Notes: generated from the letters alone by a model not told the origin. DNA of 64,000 nt from a virus (IMGVR_UViG_2030936005_000025:1-64000), one strand, 5' to 3'; shown: positions 18,486 through 27,345, counted from the stretch's first letter. Made by a program: numbers and translations.

Positions 18486-18534
18486 CAATTGCACCGACAG
18501 TTAAGGAGTAATCCCTAAGTTGCCGATGCAATTG
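18486..18534 (-). terminator. Long imperfect hairpin (terminator or processing site)
   Basis: CAATTGCATCGGCA...TGTCGGTGCAATTG, with a T7 tract about 20 nt downstream on minus. Confidence 0.55.
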
Positions 18535-18546
18535 TTTATGCTCATC

Positions 18547-18876
18547 TTACGCACTCATTACGATGCTGTTGAATGCAGCTGCAGTAGCTTCATCCCATAC
18601 ACCGGTGTTACGCAGAGGTTTCATGTTGTTCACTTCAGCCAGATCGTTGTACCAAGTCTGGAAAGTTTCAACACCGCAATCAGTGATGCGAGTACGGAAC
18701 AGTGGCAGTGAACCGAATACTTTACGAGCCAAAGTTTTCAGAACTGACATTGCTGCATAACCGATAGTTGTTTCAGTAGAGATAGATGCATCGATTTTAG
18801 CCAGAGACTTCAGCATGAATGCAACGCCTTCTTTGTTACGGGTACCAAAATGATTTACTTCAGCATAGTTGTACAT
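18547..18876 (-). CDS. Small protein with peptidoglycan-binding-domain-like repeats, paralog 3
   Basis: GVETFQTWYN...TGVWDEATAAAF. Confidence 0.55.
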   Translation of the reverse strand: MYNYAEVNHFGTRNKEGVAFMLKSLAKIDASISTETTIGYAAMSVLKTLARKVFGSLPLFRTRITDCGVETFQTWYNDLAEVNNMKPLRNTGVWDEATAAAFNSIVMSA

Positions 18877-18916
18877 AGCACATTCCTTTTAAATTAGTTA
18901 AAACTGTTATAGTTTA

Positions 18917-18942
18917 TTCACTGTAATTATATATGTCTGAAA
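18917..18942 (-). promoter_or_regulatory. Phage promoter-like motif, copy D
   Basis: TTTCAG-ACAT-ATATAAT-TACAG-TGAA. Confidence 0.55.
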
Positions 18943-18966
18943 TTGAATGCAGATGAAATCTAAGCC

Positions 18967-19000
18967 CTCCTACTCTCCCTTTCGGAAGAGTAGGAAGAAT
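18967..19000 (-). terminator. Terminator, copy 1 of a 34-bp direct repeat
   Basis: CTCCTACTCTCCCTTTCGGAAGAGTAGGAAGAAT. Confidence 0.75.
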
Positions 19001-19004
19001 AGAC

Positions 19005-19391
19005 TTAAGGTTTATTAAAATCAGCGATAAGAGAAACCAAACACAAATACGTGTTCTCTCCCCATTTACCGTCTTTCTGTGGTTTACGGAAATGAACAGT
19101 TCCGTATTGTTCTTTTACCTTATAATAAAGCGTTTTATACCATTGCTGAAATACATCAACACCATTTTCCCAATAACCAGTTTCAGGTAAAGGAGGAATT
19201 TTAAGTTCTTCAGCCATTACCTGACGGGCGGGGGAACGGTGCCATCGAACGAATGCATTCAGTGCATTCAGCGTTTCAGGACCAAACATACCGTCCACAG
19301 CAATCTTCGGATGATAACCAACAATCTCTGCGTTGATTAAAGTTTGGATTGAACCTACACCGGCGATATTAATTAATTCTTGACGCGTCAT
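19005..19391 (-). CDS. Tandem PG_binding_1-like protein, paralog 2
   Basis: IQTLIN...VDGMFGPETLNAL and FQQWY...DGKWGENT. Confidence 0.7.
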   Translation of the reverse strand: MTRQELINIAGVGSIQTLINAEIVGYHPKIAVDGMFGPETLNALNAFVRWHRSPARQVMAEELKIPPLPETGYWENGVDVFQQWYKTLYYKVKEQYGTVHFRKPQKDGKWGENTYLCLVSLIADFNKP

Positions 19392-19413
19392 AACACTAAC
19401 CTCTAAAGTTGAA

Positions 19414-19447
19414 CTCCTACTCTTCTTTTCGGAAGAGTAGGAAGAAT
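19414..19447 (-). terminator. Terminator, copy 2 of a 34-bp direct repeat
   Basis: CTCCTACTCTTCTTTTCGGAAGAGTAGGAAGAAT, 32/34 identical to copy 1. Confidence 0.75.
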
Positions 19448-19451
19448 GGAT

Positions 19452-19856
19452 TTATTTGATTGTGTTGTTCATGGCAACACCGAAGATGATAAGAAACTGG
19501 AGCTGAGTTTTGTCACCCCACTTACCATCAGTCTCAGGCGACCTGGTGAACAAACGCCGTTTGGAATGCTCGTGAGCTTGAATGTGATTGTAGACATTGA
19601 TGAACCATTCCTGGAATGTCTGGATCCCTTTCTCCCAAACATCGGGGGAATTGAAATCCCGTTTATCCACAAACTTAGGAACATCCATCTTCCAACATTT
19701 AGAGATTAAAAGATCCAATGCTTCAATCGTTTTAGGTCCAAACATACCATCTACTCTGAGGCCTTCTATCTCGATATCACATTGAGTCAGCCCAGTTAGG
19801 CACATACCCTGGATATAGCCCACACCTGCAAAGTTAATAATGTCTTGACGTTGCAT
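19452..19856 (-). CDS. Tandem PG_binding_1-like protein, paralog 1
   Basis: VDGMFGPKTIEAL and FQEWF...TDGKWGDKT. Confidence 0.7.
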   Translation of the reverse strand: MQRQDIINFAGVGYIQGMCLTGLTQCDIEIEGLRVDGMFGPKTIEALDLLISKCWKMDVPKFVDKRDFNSPDVWEKGIQTFQEWFINVYNHIQAHEHSKRRLFTRSPETDGKWGDKTQLQFLIIFGVAMNNTIK

Positions 19857-19865
19857 TCTCTTTCC

Positions 19866-21032
19866 TTAAATAGCGATTGGGAATTTGATCTTGTCGCCTG
19901 ACTTGTAATCAGTAACAGGAACAAAGTTTGAACGATGATAGTCAAAGAGTGTCGGTGCTTCATTCAGACGCAGTTTGAACTCACTGTTGTGATGCTCACC
20001 TGTTGCCCAACGTTGTTGGAGTTCTTTCACACCTTCCAGATGGTTGGTGTAAACATGAGAATCCCAGCCCCAGTAGTTGACATAACGTGGAATCATATTC
20101 AGCTGTTGAGCGAACATCATCAACAGAGCAGAATACATATTCATGTTAGCCGGCTGACCGAGTACCCAGTCATTGCTTCGCATCGTGAAACTGATGTCCA
20201 GGTAATGAGTAGGAACGTTATACAAAATAAGATCATTAATCTTATTCTCGATTGAAGTTTCTTGTCTTTCTCTTGAAACAAGTGATACATGGTTGTTGTT
20301 AGGAAGAAGTGCTAAACGTTCTTCCAGTGACAGTTCCCAGGTGTAGAACCCGAAGTTAAAGTGGCATGGGGTAAGTGCCATGTTTCCTTTAGCCGCATTC
20401 TCACGAGGAGAAATCTTCGGATCCGGTAAGAACGATGGGTTCCAGCAATCCACAACCAGACGACGACTGTTAGGATCACGTTTAAGCGTGTCCAGAGCGT
20501 ACTGGAGCTGATCAAATGTGGTACCGTCAGGATTAGGCCAGTTACGCCATTGAACGCCGTAGACTGGACCCAGTTCGCCATCAGGTACTTTCTCATCGAC
20601 GAAATTAGGAACTTCATGTTTATCCAGAAGCTCATCGATTTCTGCGTGAGTGACAACCGCCATCGCCGCCATCATTTCTGTGACAGGCACGCCGCGATTA
20701 TTAGCGTGGATTTTCAAACGTTCAACACGATTCAGTTCGATCTTGTTAACCATGTTGTCTTTGGTTGCAAAACCATTCCAGAAAGGACAACCGTTGTCTT
20801 TCAGGTACTGAATGTTTGAACTGCCCGACATCATCCAGATCATCTCGGTAATCGGCTGATGGAAGACAAAGTTACGACCAAACATCAATGGGTAGTTTTC
20901 ACGAAGATCGTGAGTGTAGTGAATGTTCGGTAAAGAGATAACACCTGTACCGGTACGATCACCACGATGCTGACCATTCTCAATGATATTGGCCAGTTGT
21001 TCCATATACCACTGTTCGTATTTGTTTTTCAC
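19866..21032 (-). CDS. thyA: Thymidylate synthase
   Basis: DRTGTG, LGPVYGVQWR, PNSRR, LTPCH (catalytic Cys), RSND..LG.PAN, DSHVY.NH; two insertions. Confidence 0.95.
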   Translation of the reverse strand: MKNKYEQWYMEQLANIIENGQHRGDRTGTGVISLPNIHYTHDLRENYPLMFGRNFVFHQPITEMIWMMSGSSNIQYLKDNGCPFWNGFATKDNMVNKIELNRVERLKIHANNRGVPVTEMMAAMAVVTHAEIDELLDKHEVPNFVDEKVPDGELGPVYGVQWRNWPNPDGTTFDQLQYALDTLKRDPNSRRLVVDCWNPSFLPDPKISPRENAAKGNMALTPCHFNFGFYTWELSLEERLALLPNNNHVSLVSRERQETSIENKINDLILYNVPTHYLDISFTMRSNDWVLGQPANMNMYSALLMMFAQQLNMIPRYVNYWGWDSHVYTNHLEGVKELQQRWATGEHHNSEFKLRLNEAPTLFDYHRSNFVPVTDYKSGDKIKFPIAI

Positions 21033-21259
21033 TTACATGTTCTCCAATCTTTATAAGCTGCTTTAATAATTTCCAAAATAACAGGAAGGAATATCCAGAA
21101 CACGCCAACCCAGGTTGCGATCCAGAGATAACTTAACTTCTCAGACCAGAATCCATCTTCCATGAACGGCCATGCAAATGTTAGCATGATGGTCAGTGTA
21201 ATGGTCATCGCTACGCCCGCATCGATTAGTTCTATAACAAACCGGCTAAGCAGATTCAT
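21029..21259 (-). CDS. Small two-TM membrane protein
   Basis: 76 aa, coupled ORF. Confidence 0.65.
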   Translation of the reverse strand: MNLLSRFVIELIDAGVAMTITLTIMLTFAWPFMEDGFWSEKLSYLWIATWVGVFWIFLPVILEIIKAAYKDWRTCK

Positions 21260-21260
21260 G

Positions 21261-21482
21261 TCAAGGACCTTTTAAGGTAGAGGGTTTCTTGTTAGCATCC
21301 CAACCCAGGATATAACCGAACAGCCCACAATAAACACTGAAGACCATTTTAATAGCCAATTCAATCCACGGGTTGAATGGGCCGTCATTAGAAATCAACA
21401 GACCTATCACCGCTAACACTGCGCAAGTTAATGCTGCAATGAAACGCGCTTTGACAGCGATCTCTCGTTTGTTGTTTTTCAT
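21261..21482 (-). CDS. Small two-TM membrane protein
   Basis: 73 aa, coupled ORF. Confidence 0.65.
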   Translation of the reverse strand: MKNNKREIAVKARFIAALTCAVLAVIGLLISNDGPFNPWIELAIKMVFSVYCGLFGYILGWDANKKPSTLKGP

Positions 21483-21697
21483 TTCTTAATCTCCTTGCGA
21501 TAGAGAATAGCCCAGTGAAGGAACGCGATACCCACCACGGTCAGAACCACAGGTGCGATCTCTTCCAGCATCACGATTGTCCAAACACCATCCCACTTCA
21601 ATAATCCAATTACCATCACGGCAATCCAAACAGCTGCCGTTGCGCAGTATAACTTCACTAGCAGGACATGGATCATATCTTTGATCAGATGTTTCAC
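21479..21697 (-). CDS. Small two-TM membrane protein
   Basis: 72 aa, coupled ORF. Confidence 0.65.
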   Translation of the reverse strand: MKHLIKDMIHVLLVKLYCATAAVWIAVMVIGLLKWDGVWTIVMLEEIAPVVLTVVGIAFLHWAILYRKEIKK

Positions 21698-21924
21698 GAG
21701 ACCTGCCCTTTGTCAGCTTTGTCATTCTTGTAAGCGTTGTACAAGAATGCGTGGCATATACCGAAGAGTACCACACCTAGGATATAAGGTGCGAACTGAT
21801 TTAACCAACGTAGACCGACTTCTTCATTGACACCACGGAACAGGAATAAGAAACCAGTACCCATTCCAGCGAGCACATACACAGTAATAAACAGACCGTT
21901 AAGAAAAGCGATGAACTTATCCAT
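21694..21924 (-). CDS. Small two-TM membrane protein (start MDKFIAF, 76 aa)
   Basis: ATG at 21924 overlaps the end of the phosphoesterase gene. The track extension to 22125 lies inside that gene. Confidence 0.65.
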   Translation of the reverse strand: MDKFIAFLNGLFITVYVLAGMGTGFLFLFRGVNEEVGLRWLNQFAPYILGVVLFGICHAFLYNAYKNDKADKGQVS

Positions 21925-22441
21925 TGACAATACCTCTGATTGGTTCAGGTTTACGATAAGTACGGTATTCGCCAGAAGAGATAGCTTCCAGGTCAACCGG
22001 ACCGTCTTGTAACAAATCCCAGCACACATTGATGTAGCGTTCATCTTTGATGATCTCATCATGCGTGTGTCCATGGATCTGACGGCGTCCACGGAGCTGA
22101 GATGGATGAAGGGGTGCATGAGCAAACCAGAAGCCTTTACGGTGCTTCCAGAGCCCTTCTACGCGGTCATACACTTCCAACACATCACGGATATCATTAT
22201 CCCGTTCAATGTCGTGATTCCCCAGGATAAGAATCTTCTTACCCGGAAGTTTCTTAATCAGTGCAAGACCTTCATAGTAGAGCGCCGCATCCCCACCCAA
22301 GATAATAGTGGTGCGAGGTGTCACATGTTTCACCCAGGCATCCATTACTTTCTCTTGGTACTCTTTCAAACTTGCAAAGCCTCGAACCTTAGCAGCCTTT
22401 GCATGATCTAAGTGCAGATCAGACCAGCATACAGTATTCAT
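21917..22441 (-). CDS. Calcineurin-like metallophosphoesterase
   Basis: WSDLHLDH, LGGD, LGNHD, HAP, HGHTH. Confidence 0.9.
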   Translation of the reverse strand: MNTVCWSDLHLDHAKAAKVRGFASLKEYQEKVMDAWVKHVTPRTTIILGGDAALYYEGLALIKKLPGKKILILGNHDIERDNDIRDVLEVYDRVEGLWKHRKGFWFAHAPLHPSQLRGRRQIHGHTHDEIIKDERYINVCWDLLQDGPVDLEAISSGEYRTYRKPEPIRGIVNG

Positions 22442-22454
22442 AACTACCCCAGAA

Positions 22455-22928
22455 TTATTTACCTAATGATCGGAGCTCTGGTACAATTAAACCATTAAGT
22501 ACCCACTTCCAATTTTCTTCCCCTTTCTTTCTGTCGTAGGTGCATGTATTGAAATCATAAGAAAATGCCTTAATGAAATCTTCTTTAGCAAGCCCCATCT
22601 CTACAGTATAAAGCAGGCAAGGTTTCTGGATAGAAAATGCATCGTTACGACTTTCCGCAATATAAAAGTCACGATGGAAACTTTCGGCTATCTTAAATAA
22701 GGTGGTTAGATTTTTAAAAGCTTCTAACGCACCTCTTCTGTGGAAGTATCCGAGAACACCTTTTTGTTTTTGTGGATAAAAGTTATCCTGAAGGTGTTTC
22801 AGTCTTTCAGCTGAGACAGCAATTTCTTTACCGGTAGCAAAGATACGTTCTTTGACTAACGCATGAGTATCGACTAATGCGGGAATGCCTTTCATATTGA
22901 AGTTTTCCTTTGGTAACTGGGTGCTCAT
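22455..22928 (-). CDS. Hypothetical protein, 157 aa
   Basis: Coupled ORF with GGAGG RBS. Confidence 0.65.
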   Translation of the reverse strand: MSTQLPKENFNMKGIPALVDTHALVKERIFATGKEIAVSAERLKHLQDNFYPQKQKGVLGYFHRRGALEAFKNLTTLFKIAESFHRDFYIAESRNDAFSIQKPCLLYTVEMGLAKEDFIKAFSYDFNTCTYDRKKGEENWKWVLNGLIVPELRSLGK

Positions 22929-23299
22929 ATCGCGCCTCCGTAAGTATAGATGTCGAAGAGATCTTCCGGTGTTTCAGAAGGATGGAGTTTGGCAAGATTC
23001 ATATAAGTAATGAACGTCGCGCGGTAGTCTCTGACCAGGTCTGAGAACTCACACAGAAAGTCGTGCGCTTCTTTGAAGTCAGTTGTGGTACCCAACAAGG
23101 CTAGCAACTTAGCCCCTTCTGTTTCGAACTTGACAATACGGTTCAGCAGATAAGGAACTTCGAACAGCTGAAGAGAGAAGATCCACTTGCGTTTGTTGTT
23201 GCGAGCCCATTGGGTGAAATCACGGTTTAAACGATTGATGTCATCATAGATGTCATTTGCACGATCAATGCGCTCAGCAGTTACGGTATCAATGATCAT
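22925..23299 (-). CDS. Hypothetical protein, 124 aa
   Basis: Coupled ORF with GGAG RBS. Confidence 0.65.
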   Translation of the reverse strand: MIIDTVTAERIDRANDIYDDINRLNRDFTQWARNNKRKWIFSLQLFEVPYLLNRIVKFETEGAKLLALLGTTTDFKEAHDFLCEFSDLVRDYRATFITYMNLAKLHPSETPEDLFDIYTYGGAI

Positions 23300-23696
23300 A
23301 TCTGTATTTCTCCACGTTTACACTTTTGAGAATTTTCTGATGGTCGTTACAGAATTCATTCACCTGTTCATTGAGTTCATTGAAGAAGAACTTTACCGGA
23401 AGAGGTCGCATGGTTTTGTAACGAGCAATAAAGGAATCAATCTTTTTACTGAATCGGGGAACGAATGCCCACATCACGATATGGTAAGCAAGCTTTGACC
23501 ACAGATCCCACCATGGTGCAGCGTCATACTCACGGCGCAGGCCAGCAGGAACTAGCTCCTTTATCTCTTCAAGATAAACAATGCGTTCATTGATCTCTTT
23601 TAAGATAGGGCTATTGCGATAGTTATCAACCGAACCAAACAAAGCGATGATTGCCGCATCGTAATCTTTCACGTTAACTTTATCAAATGTAGCCAT
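23289..23696 (-). CDS. Hypothetical protein (start MATFDK, about 135 aa)
   Basis: AAGGA RBS before the ATG at 23696. Confidence 0.6.
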   Translation of the reverse strand: MATFDKVNVKDYDAAIIALFGSVDNYRNSPILKEINERIVYLEEIKELVPAGLRREYDAAPWWDLWSKLAYHIVMWAFVPRFSKKIDSFIARYKTMRPLPVKFFFNELNEQVNEFCNDHQKILKSVNVEKYRYDH

Positions 23697-23830
23697 GTCT
23701 TTTATCCTTAAATTAAAAATGTGATAGGCATTACATGACGATAATATCAGTCTCAGATTCTTTCCAATTGAAATGAAAAGAATCGTTTGGATTAACAAAT
23801 CTTTGAGTTCCAGACATAGGTAAAAAGTTT

Positions 23831-24430
23831 ATGATCATTGTATCAGGCACTAACAGCAAAAAGATCAATGACCCGGTGTTCTTATCTGCACGCAAATTCA
23901 TGCAAGAGCGACTTGCCAAACTTGAAGCTCAAGGTCCAAGTGCCGAACTTGATCTTGAACGTGAGCGTTACACGGGGTTGACAGCTAAGGACGTTCAGAT
24001 CGAACCTCCCGTAGATTTTGCAAGTGACATCGTACGTTGTTGCTTTGTTTCTCGTAAGACTGGTTTCTTCCGTGCAGATATTGAAGTCGAACATGTTGAC
24101 ATTTCAGCGATCTTTAAAGAGTTCTCAGTAGGGGTTACTGAGTATGCTGATGTCGACACTTTGGTCATCAAGATCAAAGCGGGTGAGCAGGTGGAAGGCG
24201 TTGTGTTGCTTCGTGACACTAACACTTATGGAATCGTATTAGCTAAAGCAGATGCGACACCAGAACAAGTTATGCGCATTATGGGTGATATCTACTGGGA
24301 CAAGATCACAGTAAATACATCTGATGCTATCGACAGTACAACTAAAAGTAGCGGCACGTTTTCTGTAGAGGCGATTAATATTACGCCGACCCAAGGAAAC
24401 CTGTACGTACTTGAAGATATCACAGCTTAA
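23831..24430 (+). CDS. Stand-alone paralog of the N-terminal domain of the giant fibre protein
   Basis: NSKKINDPVF..ERLAKLEAQGP..RYTGL..VRCCFVSRKTGFFRAD aligns with residues 1-200 of 34555..48549. Confidence 0.8.
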   Translation: MIIVSGTNSKKINDPVFLSARKFMQERLAKLEAQGPSAELDLERERYTGLTAKDVQIEPPVDFASDIVRCCFVSRKTGFFRADIEVEHVDISAIFKEFSVGVTEYADVDTLVIKIKAGEQVEGVVLLRDTNTYGIVLAKADATPEQVMRIMGDIYWDKITVNTSDAIDSTTKSSGTFSVEAINITPTQGNLYVLEDITA

Positions 24431-24447
24431 AAAAAATAAGTCATAGT

Positions 24448-24477
24448 TCCTACTCTACCCATCTGGGTAGAGTAGGA
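24448..24477. terminator. Bidirectional terminator
   Basis: TCCTACTCTACCC-ATCT-GGGTAGAGTAGGA between convergent genes. Confidence 0.8.
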
Positions 24478-24487
24478 GTATGTTTGC

Positions 24488-24958
24488 TTACCAGTTAAAA
24501 GGCGAGCTGTTCTCTTCAATCTCTTTACGCATAGTGGCTTTAACTTCTGCGTATTGAATTGGTTCCCACTCCACATTACTCAGTAGTGAAGAAGGAATAT
24601 AGCCAGCCGGTGCGCCACAGAACGTAGTGAACTTAGAACCATTGGAATTAGTATAGGTGTGTTTATACCAATCCCCTTCCTTGGTCAGCGGGTAATAGAG
24701 TTCCAGCATCGACTCATCAGTCTGAACACGACAGGAGATGGATTCACCGTAGAAGTTCTCTTCACCCGGTTTACCCAGACCTTTAACGAAACCACCGGTA
24801 GAAGGATGGATGCGATAAAGTTTTGCCATATCCGCATGTTGATAAACATCATGCTTACGAACGATGAACAGCAGGTCTTTATACTGAACGTTGGTTGGTG
24901 AGTCTTCCGACCCGGTGGGAATAACCCGCTCAGTACCGAACAAGAACTTAGCAATCAT
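24488..24958 (-). CDS. Hypothetical protein (start MIAKF, about 156 aa)
   Basis: GGAG RBS before the ATG at 24958. Confidence 0.65.
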   Translation of the reverse strand: MIAKFLFGTERVIPTGSEDSPTNVQYKDLLFIVRKHDVYQHADMAKLYRIHPSTGGFVKGLGKPGEENFYGESISCRVQTDESMLELYYPLTKEGDWYKHTYTNSNGSKFTTFCGAPAGYIPSSLLSNVEWEPIQYAEVKATMRKEIEENSSPFNW

Positions 24959-25403
24959 CTTTATTCTCCAGTACCACACTTGTGCGATCGTTGACTTCAC
25001 GGATAAAGGCTTCCGTTGAAATCTCCGTCCACAGGTCGAGATCGATCACGCAGGGATTGGAAACAACGACCAGCGGTGGTTTACCAGGACGATCTTCCGG
25101 CAGTGTCTTCAGAACATAACAGTAACCACACCAGTTGAGTTCATCGAAGACATCTTGGAGATAGTCGAGATCACAACCGTATTTACGTGGTTGATAGTTT
25201 TCAACCAACTCTTCGATTGTTTTCTCAACCGGCTTTACAATCGGCACAACTGGTTCGCGGTTGTCATTGATGTCAAACCCAACCAAGTTTGTCGGCAAGC
25301 TGAGATCTTTATGACCGATAAGAAACCCTTTGACAATGATCCTTCGATTTATTGCTTTCTCTGAGAAAACTACGCCCCAGATACCTTCGTATTCTGCTTC
25401 CAT
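24948..25403 (-). CDS. Hypothetical protein, 151 aa
   Basis: AAGGT RBS, coupled ORF. Confidence 0.65.
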   Translation of the reverse strand: MEAEYEGIWGVVFSEKAINRRIIVKGFLIGHKDLSLPTNLVGFDINDNREPVVPIVKPVEKTIEELVENYQPRKYGCDLDYLQDVFDELNWCGYCYVLKTLPEDRPGKPPLVVVSNPCVIDLDLWTEISTEAFIREVNDRTSVVLENKDDC

Positions 25404-25404
25404 T

Positions 25405-26193
25405 TTAACGACCTTTCATGTTGTTGATGGTAAAGGTCGCAAGGTTGTTATTAGCAACCCAGACCATGCTTTTGATACTGGCTTCGATCTTATCGGTAAT
25501 ATCCCCTCTTGACTTCATTCCTTCAATGAACTCAATCAGTTCAACATCCCACTGAGGCTTAAGCCGTTGGCTGAACTTACTGGTGTGTTGTTGTCCTTCA
25601 GTGGAACAGTTCAGGTCGAAGCACACATAGCCGGTGCTGAGATGATAGTAACCGTAAATCAATAGATAGTTACCATCAACCACTGCACTCACTCCCCCTA
25701 TCAACATCATGTCAGGTGTCGTATGAATCGCGTTCATAAGGGAGAAGGTTTGATCGGAGACATAATCAATGGCAATCGCACCGTTAAACAAGTGCATCTG
25801 TTCGAAACGCCAATCGTAATCACGACGGCACAATTTCAAACGAACACCTTTGTTACCATGGCGGTTATACTTATACCAATCGATTAACGGATAGATGTCA
25901 CCATTGAAGAGAAAATTAGCTTGTTCAACACCAAGGCATTTAGCCATCTTCTCAGCCACTTCATCCGGAAGGTAATGAACCCAACGACTATTGTCCTTGG
26001 AGGTCATCAGACGAACGTCAGTGCGTTTAACGAGCACTTCACGAACCTCTTTCCAGAGTGACGGAGTGTATACTTGAGGTGTTACAGGAAATTCAACTTG
26101 GTGGGTAAATTCACCCCCACCACGAATCAAGACACGAAACCATTGCCCGGTCTCCTTGTCTTGTCGAAACCAATCACAACTGTTATTTACCAT
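25405..26193 (-). CDS. Hypothetical protein, 262 aa
   Basis: Long ORF in the operon. Confidence 0.7.
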   Translation of the reverse strand: MVNNSCDWFRQDKETGQWFRVLIRGGGEFTHQVEFPVTPQVYTPSLWKEVREVLVKRTDVRLMTSKDNSRWVHYLPDEVAEKMAKCLGVEQANFLFNGDIYPLIDWYKYNRHGNKGVRLKLCRRDYDWRFEQMHLFNGAIAIDYVSDQTFSLMNAIHTTPDMMLIGGVSAVVDGNYLLIYGYYHLSTGYVCFDLNCSTEGQQHTSKFSQRLKPQWDVELIEFIEGMKSRGDITDKIEASIKSMVWVANNNLATFTINNMKGR

Positions 26194-26237
26194 AAAGATA
26201 TTCTCTAAATAAAAGAGGGTTCATTGAACCCTAGGGA

Positions 26238-26624
26238 TTATTTCAATGCATCATTAAAGCGACCGCTAAGATCGTAATAATCTTCGCAGCTACGAATGCT
26301 GATATGGTCAACAAGGAACACAACTGCGTGTTGATTGTGACGACGGATAAAGCGGACATCTCCCAAGCGAACTGTTGTGAGGCTATCTTCGTGATCTCTG
26401 AATTCGAAAGGACGCTCACCCTTTCCGACAATAGAACGGTTTGATTCAAACCACTCTTTCCACTCACGTTCCGATTCATCGAAACAATCAGTGATAGGTG
26501 TGCCGACACCATTGATCAGAACGTACCCGGTCCCTCTTTTATTGCCAGTGATAAAACCGGTAATAGAAGATGCGAGGATATTTGCTTTACCCTGCTGGGT
26601 TTGTAATAACATGATTTTATCCAC
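26238..26624 (-). CDS. Hypothetical protein, 128 aa (two similar small beta-rich halves)
   Basis: GAGG RBS, coupled ORF. Confidence 0.65.
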   Translation of the reverse strand: MDKIMLLQTQQGKANILASSITGFITGNKRGTGYVLINGVGTPITDCFDESEREWKEWFESNRSIVGKGERPFEFRDHEDSLTTVRLGDVRFIRRHNQHAVVFLVDHISIRSCEDYYDLSGRFNDALK

Positions 26625-26626
26625 GA

Positions 26627-27040
26627 TCAGTTTTCCTCTTTGTAATCGGGTTCACAACCTTCCCACCAGAACCATTTGCGGGTAATCAATTCACCTTTGT
26701 AACCATGTTGCCGAGTGAATGTCGCCAGCTTGATCTGGAAAAGACGTGCATCAGGTTCATGGAGAAAGCGAGTACGGATTGCTTTCTTAATGGCATCGAT
26801 CTCAGGTTTTGTATCTGGGTATTGAGCCAGGAACAAATCCAGCCAGGCAACAACGTCATAGCGCTTACCGAACACTTTGAGTGCGTGAGTTCCGCCATGG
26901 TGAGGATAGCCAGTGTACTCGATCAAGCTGAGTAATGTATCACCCGTTTTACCGCTGTAATACAAATCACGCAGTGCTTTAGGCATGGCCGAAGTAGCGT
27001 GAGATTCAGGTGCTGATAAATCTACATAGACCGTTGTCAT
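26627..27040 (-). CDS. Hypothetical protein (start MTTVYV, about 137 aa)
   Basis: TAATG stop-start overlap at 27040. Confidence 0.65.
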   Translation of the reverse strand: MTTVYVDLSAPESHATSAMPKALRDLYYSGKTGDTLLSLIEYTGYPHHGGTHALKVFGKRYDVVAWLDLFLAQYPDTKPEIDAIKKAIRTRFLHEPDARLFQIKLATFTRQHGYKGELITRKWFWWEGCEPDYKEEN

Positions 27041-27345
27041 TATTTCGCATCCTGACACTTGATGATGGAATCCACACGAGTCACTGACTTCTTGGTAGGA
27101 TTGATGTGGGAACCCTGATACCAACGAGATTCAGAACTCAGTACTTTACCGGGAACAGCTTCTGCTTTTGGCATAATAATGTCAGAGCAGGTTTCACCTA
27201 ACTGATCAGAAATCATGTTACCGATAGAAAGGGTGAAACGTTCGATCTTGTTACAGATACGAACTTTACACATCGGCTGATCTAATTCATCAGCCTGTAC
27301 AGAACCTGCCATTAAAACCAACACCACCAAAAGTAACTTTTTCAT
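27040..27345 (-). CDS. Secreted or periplasmic protein with 4 Cys
   Basis: Signal peptide MKKLLLVVLVLMAGSVQA. Confidence 0.75.
   Translation of the reverse strand: MKKLLLVVLVLMAGSVQADELDQPMCKVRICNKIERFTLSIGNMISDQLGETCSDIIMPKAEAVPGKVLSSESRWYQGSHINPTKKSVTRVDSIIKCQDAK

Noticed and set aside
18967-19447. CRISPR-like mini-array (34-bp palindromic repeats)
   Set aside because: Only two copies, separated by a complete 128-aa gene. Position and structure fit terminators.
19866-21032. Intein or intron in thyA; dCMP hydroxymethylase identity
   Set aside because: Inserts are short and lack Cys/Ser...His-Asn splice motifs, the ORF is continuous, and the dUMP-specific Asn is retained
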